The notes beneath the pieces are model-generated. The model had not been told where the DNA came from. It did no database searches and saw only the letters and a list, made by a program, of their open reading frames with translations. Positions 49,462 to 57,402 of a stretch of 64,000 nucleotides of DNA are shown in pieces. Source of the stretch: Pseudomonadota bacterium (GTDB lineage: Bacteria > Pseudomonadota > Gammaproteobacteria > Burkholderiales > Burkholderiaceae_C). Numbering within the stretch: position 1 is the first letter of the stretch; each line of letters starts with the position of its first letter. The DNA is taken from the NCBI GenBank assembly GCA_021805805.1, contig JAJZEB010000004.1, positions 1,218 to 65,217 of the forward strand, in the 5' to 3' direction. A program made the translations under genes and the position numbers.

Positions 49462-50535
49462 ATGCCGTCGGTGAAGATGGACAAGGCAACGGGTAAGTGG
49501 CGCGCCCAGGTGTATGTGAGTGGCCAGCGGAAGAGCAAGAGCTTCCGCCTGAAGTCCGAGGCGAACGAGTGGGCAGCGGCAGAGACAGAGCGCCTGAAGG
49601 GGCCCGCGAAGCACGGCACGACCCTCGCGCAGCTGCTCGAGCGCTACAAGGCCGAGGAGAGCCCCAAAAAGGCTACCAAAGACAACGAGGCTCTACGCAT
49701 CGATGCGTTCCTGCGTAATTGGCCAAAGCTCGCTGCGAAGCCGTTGGCCGACCTCGTTGCGGCCGACTTCGCGCGCTGGCGTGATGCCCGGATCGCGGGG
49801 CGCGCAGAGGACGGCGGCGACACCGTGGTGGTGATGCGCAAGGGCAAAGAGGTGCTGACAAAGCTAAAGCCCTTGAAGTCCGCGAGCGTGCTGCGGGACG
49901 TGTCGTGGCTAAAAGCGGCTATTTTCAAAGCTCGCGGTGAGATGGGGCTAATGTCGAAGACTGTAAACCCCCTTGAGGACTTCGAGCCCCCAGCAAACTC
50001 ACCCCTGCGTGACCGCGTGTGGTCGTGGCGTGAGATCCGCCTGTTCGTCCGCAATACGGGGTATCGTCCCGGAACAGCCCCAAGAAACAAGACCGAGGAG
50101 CTCGGCTTGGCGCTCATGATTGCGTGCAGGACGGGGATGCGCTCGGGCGAGATTCTGCGGATCGGCAAGTCGGCATTCTTGGCCGGCGGGACGGTGCTTC
50201 GGGTCAACCACAAGATGGGCTACAAGGACGGGGGCAAGCCTCGCGACATCCCGCTTTTCCCCAGCGCACGAAGGCTGTTCAGGCCGTTCCTCTCGGTCGA
50301 GAAACTGTTCACCGTAGACGCAGCGACCCGCGACACAAAGACGCGGGAAGTGATCCAGCGCTTGATGCTGCCCAACCTGCGGTTCCACGATGCCCGCGCC
50401 ACCGCGCTTACGCACATGTCGCGCCGGGTAGACGTGTTCACGCTCGCACGCATTTCGGGGCACAAAAGCATCAAAACGCTATACGAGCGGTATTACCGCG
50501 AGCGCCCGGAAGACATCGCGAGAAGGCTTAAGTGA
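49462..50535 (+). CDS. Tyrosine recombinase/integrase
   Basis: AGGAGG RBS; catalytic set TGMRSGEI (R), HDAR (HxxR), SGH and YERYY (Y); N-terminal arm-binding-like WRAQVY...SKSF. Confidence 0.93.
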   Translation: MPSVKMDKATGKWRAQVYVSGQRKSKSFRLKSEANEWAAAETERLKGPAKHGTTLAQLLERYKAEESPKKATKDNEALRIDAFLRNWPKLAAKPLADLVAADFARWRDARIAGRAEDGGDTVVVMRKGKEVLTKLKPLKSASVLRDVSWLKAAIFKARGEMGLMSKTVNPLEDFEPPANSPLRDRVWSWREIRLFVRNTGYRPGTAPRNKTEELGLALMIACRTGMRSGEILRIGKSAFLAGGTVLRVNHKMGYKDGGKPRDIPLFPSARRLFRPFLSVEKLFTVDAATRDTKTREVIQRLMLPNLRFHDARATALTHMSRRVDVFTLARISGHKSIKTLYERYYRERPEDIARRLK

Positions 50536-50781
50536 GCCGCCGACACAGCGCGAGCTTGAACGACTTGCGCAGCTGCTACCCCGGCGCGGCGGGACGTTTT
50601 CAGCGTCGGACATCGAGGAGATGCGCTAGCTCGACGTGCTAGCGCGACTACAAGGCGCCATTGAGCAGCAGCTTGCGGAGTTACCCTGAATGTGTAGGGG
50701 TAGCTTCGTACTACTCCTGAGCAGCTAGTGCGTGAGGGACGCGCGTAAACGGATTCGGGAATGGCCGGAGCCGGCGCGCGC

Positions 50782-50864
50782 GCTGGCCCGAGCTGGCGCC
50801 TAGCACGAGTCTCTGCCGAGTCTCAACCGCTTGCCGAGACCCCGCAGCGCCAGCTCGGGCCAGC
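50782..50864. repeat. Perfect 18-bp inverted repeat with a 47-nt spacer containing short direct repeats
   Basis: GCTGGCCCGAGCTGGCGC (50782-50799) and GCGCCAGCTCGGGCCAGC (50847-50864); GAGTCTC at 50807 and 50818. Confidence 0.9.
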
Positions 50865-50866
50865 AG

Positions 50867-51391
50867 TTAATTGTTCGCGTGTGCACGGGCGACTCGCCCG
50901 AGCTGCTGAAAGGCGCCCACAAGACTATTGCGCCGCGCGATCAGGGCTAGAGCTTTCTGCACCAGTTGGACCGTGCGTACGGGGTTGGCCGCGTGGCGCG
51001 CGTACGCCAGGAGCTGCACACTGCCCTGCACTTCGGACATCCCCCGCTTGATGTCGCCACAAATGCTATACGCGCGCCAAACCCCAAAATGGGGGTGAGG
51101 ACAACCAGCACAGCTCGCGGCCCCGCAGCTATTGAGTCGAAGTCGCAAAGCACTGGTCGGTTGCTCGGTACGCCCTAGGACGCTCGCCGCCGCAGCGGAT
51201 CCCGCGAGCTTGCGATTGTCGCGGCGCATCTTTTGCGGACGCAAGCTGGTGGCAGGGTTGATCTCAGCGATTTGCGCAGCTAGTTCGACCAGCGCGCTGT
51301 TGGTGCGTTCTAGCGCTTCAACAGCAGTTGCGTACGTATGCGCCGTCGCAACAATGCCTTTGCGTGTCGTGGCTTGCTGCATGTCTTGCAT
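50867..51391 (-). CDS. Hypothetical protein with a C-x4-C-x2-CPH motif
   Basis: 174 aa; GGGAG RBS 7 nt before the ATG; helical N- and C-terminal parts flank SCGAASCAGCPHPHF. Confidence 0.7.
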   Translation of the reverse strand: MQDMQQATTRKGIVATAHTYATAVEALERTNSALVELAAQIAEINPATSLRPQKMRRDNRKLAGSAAAASVLGRTEQPTSALRLRLNSCGAASCAGCPHPHFGVWRAYSICGDIKRGMSEVQGSVQLLAYARHAANPVRTVQLVQKALALIARRNSLVGAFQQLGRVARAHANN

Positions 51392-51842
51392 GGTTGGCTC
51401 CCGTGGATATGCATCGCACAGTAGTCGACGAATTTTAAGAGCCGGAAAATTCCTATTTACAAAAGCGTTGACGCATAAATCCTATAAAATAGACTTTATG
51501 GCGGATCTAAGGCATAGAGATGTCGCCAGACGACTTCACTTCACGACCTACACAACCGGGTCAGCCCGACTATAATGATAAATTAGGCGCCAGACCCCTC
51601 CACCCCCAACTGTCCAGCAGGAAGAAAACTTCGGCCTGATGCGACAAAATGGCCAACCAATCTGAGCGCGATAGTTCTTATGAAATAAGAAATTCGGCAC
51701 ACCAATTCATAACTCATAACAAACCAAGGGAACACCAAGCCCCATGGGTTAGGACATTACTTACCCGAACCCAGAAGCTTTCGCGCCAACTGGACACCAC
51801 CGATGAAACACTGACCCACCGGTGATCTGCGCTAGTTAGCTG

Positions 51843-51866
51843 CCGCTTTGGCGCGCGCCAAAGCGG
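51843..51866. repeat. 24-bp perfect palindrome just downstream of the brxA-like gene
   Basis: CCGCTTTGGCGCGCGCCAAAGCGG, 7 nt after the stop codon; no U-tract. Confidence 0.8.
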
Positions 51867-51872
51867 ATCTCG

Positions 51873-52598
51873 CTATGGTTTGACACGCAGCGCGACAACT
51901 TGGTTGCTGGGACCATCCGCCATCAGCTCCAAAGCCGAACTCCTTGAGACCACATAACCTAGCGGTTGGTCGAATGAGAATGGATACAGCGCTGCAGTGG
52001 ATTGCAGGGTAGCGAGCGTCAGGGGTTTACCGTGATATCGCAGCGCCGCCTCGATCAGCCATAAGGCCTTCATCGGCTCGGCAACCGGCGTCGGCGACAG
52101 TCGTTCAATGCGATTGCCTTTGGTGACGCGGCGAATTGCGTGCCAGTCCACAAGTGTTTGAATAACTGCGCGGGTAGCTGTCTTGATGTTGCCCCGCTCA
52201 CCATGCAGCTCGCTCATTCGCCTGTGTACTTCCGGCATCGAGCAGTCGCCCTGCATGGCAGTCAGCCTGCCGGTGAACTCGGCAACCCTCCCGAAGTAGG
52301 GGTAAGTTGCGAGCGCCGATCCCCAGGCGAAGCAAACAACCTCTTGATGGGACTTCACACTCGAAAAAATGGAAATGCCGCGATCGATAAACTCTGCCAG
52401 ATCGGATCGCGGCTCCAGAACCAATGCATTCAGCTTGGTGCGGGTCTTGCTTTTGGCTTCGTTCCCAAGGCCTGCGGCATCTAGAAGCTCATTCAGCTCA
52501 TCAAGGCTCGCCAGACCTGCGCGCACCTTCAGCGCGACAGCTACCCAATCGAGCTGTATAAACCTGTCAAAACCAATTTGAGGGGCCACCAGAATCAT
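51873..52598 (-). CDS. brxA: BrxA-like protein (last gene of BREX type 3)
   Basis: 241 aa starting APQIGFDRFIQLDW, with LATYPYF and FPFSF-like segments. Called mainly from its position after pglZ. Confidence 0.65.
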   Translation of the reverse strand: MILVAPQIGFDRFIQLDWVAVALKVRAGLASLDELNELLDAAGLGNEAKSKTRTKLNALVLEPRSDLAEFIDRGISIFSSVKSHQEVVCFAWGSALATYPYFGRVAEFTGRLTAMQGDCSMPEVHRRMSELHGERGNIKTATRAVIQTLVDWHAIRRVTKGNRIERLSPTPVAEPMKALWLIEAALRYHGKPLTLATLQSTAALYPFSFDQPLGYVVSRSSALELMADGPSNQVVALRVKP

Positions 52599-52603
52599 TC
52601 AAT

Positions 52604-54598
52604 TCAACTCACATAACTAATCTTGACGAACGGCACCAACAGCTCTTCAACCGAGACGCCGCCATGGACGACAGCTGGTTCCCCATCCTGCAGGAAGGCT
52701 GCGCGTCCGCCCGCGAATAAGGTCATGAAGTTTGCCGGCAGTCCAGCGACATCAAGACGGTAGGTGTTCGGATTCGCAGCCGCCGACTCGGCCACCTGGG
52801 TCTCGCTGCGGTAAGTACGTACGCGCTCACCACGCAGTTCGGGAGCCACACCCTGGTTGGGCCGCCCCTGGCCAACCGCTTCCACATTGCCGTGGTCGGC
52901 GGTCAGGTAGACGCGGAAGCCATTGTCGAGCAGCAGCGAAAACAGTTGGTCGACGAAGCCGCTCTCACACCAGCTCTCGATCTGGGTGGCGATGCCGCGC
53001 TTGCCCAACACGGCGCCGTGCACGATCTCATCGACCGTGTCGACCACCATGCCCGCAACCCTGATCGATGGCGCTGAAATGACCGCACCCAGTTCTGCCA
53101 GCTGATCCGCTCGCTTGATGCCCTTGCGGTACATCACCTCATTGGCGCGCAGACCCTGGTCTTGCCAAAAACGCGACCACTGGGTCGGCTCTGGCGAGGT
53201 GGACTCGATCGTGTCGGCGAACTCTCGTGGTTTGAGTCCGGAGAACAGCGCCTGCCGGGATACCGATGTCAGCGTCGGAAGCCAGGCAAAGCACGCGCTT
53301 TCCTCGAACCCGAGCTTGGGTGCTCGCTTGGCCAGAGCCTCGCGAATCTGAACCCACTGATCCACGGCAAGACCATCGAACACCAGTAGGGCAATCTTGG
53401 CCTCGCCTGCACCACGCCGCATCGAAAGGAAGCGCGGCACGTGGTGCACCATGACCGGCCCTTTGGCGACAGGCAGCGAAGGCAGGTCGGCATAGTGCTT
53501 GGTCACCCATTGCCGCAGACGCTCGTCGGTGGTGGCTTGCAGCTCTGCAATTGCGGTCTTAAGCCCTTCGGCGCGCACCGTGTCCAAGGCATGAAACCGG
53601 GCAAGCACCTCGCCGAACCGGCGAGACAAGTTGGCCCAGTCCCGGTAGGGCGATTCCAGCGTTGGCAGCGACTGAAGAATGCCTTTGATGCCCTCGGCGA
53701 CCAGGTTTCTCAGTGCGAGCGGATCTTGGACGATGCCGACTTTCGCCCACTCAGGGATGCTGACTGCGGTGCCCTGAACGGCGAGCGGGTGAAGCAGGCC
53801 GTCCAGGAACATCGAGTCGACCAGCACCCGAACATCCGGGTGCTCAAACGGCACGTCGGCCTTGGCTATGAAGTCTGCTGGTATCGGTTCTCCGGTGCGT
53901 GTGCCCGTCAACCCGATGCGTGAAAGGTAGCGGTACCAAGCGTCCTGCACGACGCGTAGCAACGTGCTCTTCGAGGCGAACAGCTCGCTGATCGGTAGAC
54001 CCTGGAACACCGCATGGTCGCCAAGCACATGCGCAACGTGGTCCGCCAGAACTTGTGGGAGACCAGCGTCGCGGTAGTGCAACCGCAACAACTCTCGCCA
54101 GAGGTCTTCCGGACGCGATATCAGGTGCGGACTGATCTTGAAGATGTGGGTCAGGACGAACTCTTTGGTCGCGGATTCGCCCAGGGCCTGCGATGCATGC
54201 TTTGCCTGCGCCGCGAACAGCGCCTCATGGTGCTCTGCGCCGATCTGCCGAACGACGGGATAACTGAGCCTGGGGAACAGGTTGGCAAGGCTCAGGCTGA
54301 CACGCCGTGCCTGTCTCAGGTAGTCCCAGGGCAAATCCTCGACGTTGGTGCCACGCAGGTGCAACACCAGAGCCTTGGCCGGCGCCGCTCCACCTCGGTC
54401 CCATGCGCTGCGGTACCGATCCTCATACTCGGCGCGAAACGCGACCGAGTCCTCAAACGGCACCACATCAAAACCACGTTCTCGCAGGCCCGCCAGCACC
54501 TGCTCATCCAGCAGCACATCGTCTGGGTCGGCGGCAATCCACAGTCGAGACAGGTCTGCCGGAAACTCCTTCAGGATGCGATCAATCCACGGGCTCAT
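52604..54598 (-). CDS. pglZ: BREX-3 PglZ alkaline-phosphatase-superfamily protein
   Basis: LLVFDGL, FAWLPTLTSVSRQALFSG, YLTADHG and HGG motifs. ATGA-coupled to the helicase. Confidence 0.9.
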   Translation of the reverse strand: MSPWIDRILKEFPADLSRLWIAADPDDVLLDEQVLAGLRERGFDVVPFEDSVAFRAEYEDRYRSAWDRGGAAPAKALVLHLRGTNVEDLPWDYLRQARRVSLSLANLFPRLSYPVVRQIGAEHHEALFAAQAKHASQALGESATKEFVLTHIFKISPHLISRPEDLWRELLRLHYRDAGLPQVLADHVAHVLGDHAVFQGLPISELFASKSTLLRVVQDAWYRYLSRIGLTGTRTGEPIPADFIAKADVPFEHPDVRVLVDSMFLDGLLHPLAVQGTAVSIPEWAKVGIVQDPLALRNLVAEGIKGILQSLPTLESPYRDWANLSRRFGEVLARFHALDTVRAEGLKTAIAELQATTDERLRQWVTKHYADLPSLPVAKGPVMVHHVPRFLSMRRGAGEAKIALLVFDGLAVDQWVQIREALAKRAPKLGFEESACFAWLPTLTSVSRQALFSGLKPREFADTIESTSPEPTQWSRFWQDQGLRANEVMYRKGIKRADQLAELGAVISAPSIRVAGMVVDTVDEIVHGAVLGKRGIATQIESWCESGFVDQLFSLLLDNGFRVYLTADHGNVEAVGQGRPNQGVAPELRGERVRTYRSETQVAESAAANPNTYRLDVAGLPANFMTLFAGGRAAFLQDGEPAVVHGGVSVEELLVPFVKISYVS

Positions 54599-57402
54599 AC
54601 GGCACCCACCCGAAGCATCATCACGACGTTGAGATCCGGCACGCTGGCCTCGGCGTCATCCAAAGCTGCCATCCGTGCCTGGTGCTCGGCATTGAGCCGC
54701 TTGCGGCGATGCTCGCGAACAGCAGGCAAGCCGATTCGACCAATGGCCTGGTAGCGGGCGTCGTAGGCGTAATTGGCGCGCGCCCGCTCTTCTTTCAGCC
54801 GTGAACGATGTTCCCCGAGCAGTTCTGAGAACAGGCGTTCGCCTTGGGTCTTGGCCGCCGTCATGGAGGCCTCGAACCACTGCACCGCCTGCTCGGTGGT
54901 GGTGGCGCCGGTGATCTCGATGTCTTCCCTCAACAGCAGGTCCCAGATGCGCTTGGCCGTGGGCACAAAGGTCCGCCCGTCGTCTGTAGCGAAGACCGGC
55001 AGGAAGCGCTTTCGGTTGAGACCTTCTGCGGACAGGCTGATCTCCCACAATGACCAGACACCTTGCACAGCGTCAGGCAGGCCGGCGATCTTGACCACCG
55101 GCAGGGGCTGCCCTGCAACGCAACGTGAAAGCTCACTGATCACCGCTCTGGCGCGAGGGTCCTCCAAGGTGACCCATTCCAGGTCCGGGTTTTGTTCCGC
55201 CGTCCTGGCGTCAAAGCAGACCTTCCCGGACTCGCTGCCGTCCACCCATTTCACGCGCCATGCGTCCCCCGTTTTCAGGGCGCTGCCACCACGTGCCGGC
55301 AAGCCGGAGGTGATGGCGCGCTCCAGCCAGAATTGCGCCGGGTGATCGCGCCACTTGCGGGCATCGTCGGCATCCAGCGCATGGACATCCGTCAGCAGGT
55401 CGCTGTTCTTGCGTTCGTCGGCGACCTTGCCTCGAACCTGATTGATCACGGTGTCGCAGGCCCTGTCAATCGAGCCAGGATCCTGCAGGCCCCGAACGAA
55501 CACCTCGTCAAACATCGCCTCCGCCTCGACCGAGTCCATCACGTCGGAGGCCTTTTCCACGCCGAACTCCTGCGCGATGACTTCGAGCTTGGTCTCCAGC
55601 ACCTGGCGGACACGGTGCTCCACAGTGTCTTCGAGAACGAAGTTGATGGCCCGCACCACATGGCGCTGGCCGATACGGTCGACGCGGCCAATGCGCTGCT
55701 CGATTCGCATCGGGTTCCACGGCATGTCGAAGTTGACGATGACATGGCAGAACTGAAGGTTCAGACCTTCGCCGCCGGCGTCAGTCGAGACCAGAACCCG
55801 TACGTCCCGCGAGAAGGCCTGCTGTGCCTTGGTGCGGGTATCCAGGTCCATGCTGCCGTTGAGCAGCGCGACCGAGAAGCCTCGGCTATCCAAGAAGCCC
55901 GCCAGCATGGCCTGCGTCGGCACGAACTCCGTGAAGATCAAGACCTTCATGGTCGGGTCGTTCTCTTCCTGCTGCAGCTTGTAGATCAGCTCCAGCAGGG
56001 CCTCGGCCTTCGCGTCGGTGGCTTGAGCTTCGGTTTCCCGGGCCAGATTCAGCAGCAGATCCACCTCGGCCTTCTCCTGTACCCAGCCCGATGTCTGCAC
56101 CGCGATGTCCACTTGGCTCTGGCCGTCCAGCTCGGCCCACTCGTCCATCTCGTTCGAATCGAACAGCGATGCCTGCGGCTGGGGCTCGTTGAGCAACGCC
56201 TGCCGCTTCTCCAGCGTGGTTCGAATGGCCGCCGTGCTGGACGTCACCAGCCGCTGCATCAGGATCATCAAGAACCCGATGTGCCGCTGCTTCGCCGCCA
56301 GTGCCTGGTTGTAGCCATGGCGCACGTAGTCGGTGACTGCCTCGTACAGTCGCTGCTGGGCGCCGTGCCGGTCTTGCCATGCCACGGCCTGGAGACGGGT
56401 GACGCGTGGCTTGAACAGCGGCTGGCCCTCCGCATCGATCGCATTGCGCTTTTCGGTGCGAATGACGAACGGCCGCACGCGATCGCGGCTGACGCTGCCT
56501 TCATCCGGGAACGAGTCCCGGTCAATCAACTGCATCAGGCGCAGGAACTGGTCGGTCTTGCCCTGGTGCGGCGTGGCCGAAAGCAGCAGCAGGTAGGGCG
56601 CCGCTTCCGCCAGAGCAGCGCCCAACTTGTAGCGCGCCACTTGGTCGGTGCTGCCACCCATGCGATGCGACTCGTCAATGATCACCAGATCCCAAGACGC
56701 CGAGATCAGGTCTTCGAAGCGCTCGCGGTTGTAGTTGTTCAGCTGCTCCAGGCTCCAGCCCTTGCGGCCTTCGATCGGCTTCACCGAGTCCAGGGAGCAG
56801 ATCACCTGGTCGTGCAGGCGCCAGAGGTTCTCTTCGTCGTTCCGCCACTGCCGAAAGGCTGCCAGTTCGGCCGGGTCGACGAACTGCAGCTTCTCCCCGA
56901 AGTGCAGGCGCATCTCGGCCTGCCACTGGCGCACCAGTCCCTTGGGTGCCACCACCAGCACGCGCTTGGCCATGCCGCGCAACTTCAGCTCGCGTAGGAT
57001 CAACCCGGCTTCGATGGTCTTGCCTAGGCCAACCTCGTCCGCCAGCAGGTAGCGAATGCCGTGCTGGCTCATCGCTCGGTTCAGTGCGTAGAGCTGGTGC
57101 GGCAACGGGACCACGCTGGACTGGATGGGCGCCAGCAGCAGGTTGTCCTCCAGGGCATCCAGCAGCTTGGCCGCAGATGCCGTGTGGAGGATGTGCTCGA
57201 CCGTGGGCTGAATGGTGTCGAGCTCGGCCAAATCCTGCGACCGCGCGCGCACCACCGCATCTTTGGTGGGTATCCACACGCGGTAGGCGGTTTCGCCCCA
57301 CATGTCCTGCCTGTCCACCACTCGGCAAGGCGCAGCATGGCGCGCGTGCCAGCACCACCCGCCGACGGCGTGCCCAACCGAGGTTTGGCCGCTCTCCGCC
57401 AT
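54595..57402 (-). CDS. brxHII: SNF2/RapA-like helicase (BrxHII)
   Basis: LLADEVGLGKT, DESH, LLSATP, STDAGGEGLNLQ and EQRIGRVDRIGQ. Start overlaps the methyltransferase stop (TGATG). Confidence 0.87.
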   Translation of the reverse strand: MAESGQTSVGHAVGGWCWHARHAAPCRVVDRQDMWGETAYRVWIPTKDAVVRARSQDLAELDTIQPTVEHILHTASAAKLLDALEDNLLLAPIQSSVVPLPHQLYALNRAMSQHGIRYLLADEVGLGKTIEAGLILRELKLRGMAKRVLVVAPKGLVRQWQAEMRLHFGEKLQFVDPAELAAFRQWRNDEENLWRLHDQVICSLDSVKPIEGRKGWSLEQLNNYNRERFEDLISASWDLVIIDESHRMGGSTDQVARYKLGAALAEAAPYLLLLSATPHQGKTDQFLRLMQLIDRDSFPDEGSVSRDRVRPFVIRTEKRNAIDAEGQPLFKPRVTRLQAVAWQDRHGAQQRLYEAVTDYVRHGYNQALAAKQRHIGFLMILMQRLVTSSTAAIRTTLEKRQALLNEPQPQASLFDSNEMDEWAELDGQSQVDIAVQTSGWVQEKAEVDLLLNLARETEAQATDAKAEALLELIYKLQQEENDPTMKVLIFTEFVPTQAMLAGFLDSRGFSVALLNGSMDLDTRTKAQQAFSRDVRVLVSTDAGGEGLNLQFCHVIVNFDMPWNPMRIEQRIGRVDRIGQRHVVRAINFVLEDTVEHRVRQVLETKLEVIAQEFGVEKASDVMDSVEAEAMFDEVFVRGLQDPGSIDRACDTVINQVRGKVADERKNSDLLTDVHALDADDARKWRDHPAQFWLERAITSGLPARGGSALKTGDAWRVKWVDGSESGKVCFDARTAEQNPDLEWVTLEDPRARAVISELSRCVAGQPLPVVKIAGLPDAVQGVWSLWEISLSAEGLNRKRFLPVFATDDGRTFVPTAKRIWDLLLREDIEITGATTTEQAVQWFEASMTAAKTQGERLFSELLGEHRSRLKEERARANYAYDARYQAIGRIGLPAVREHRRKRLNAEHQARMAALDDAEASVPDLNVVMMLRVGAV

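Noticed and set aside
51690-51825. CGGCACACCA and CCCACCGG as a second att copy of the tRNA 3' end
   Set aside because: Matches are too short and imperfect; no convincing direct repeat was found, so the far att site probably lies beyond the window.
56655-56690. DESH instead of DEAH in the BREX helicase motif II
   Set aside because: Still fits DExH with both acidic residues retained; no sign of inactivation.
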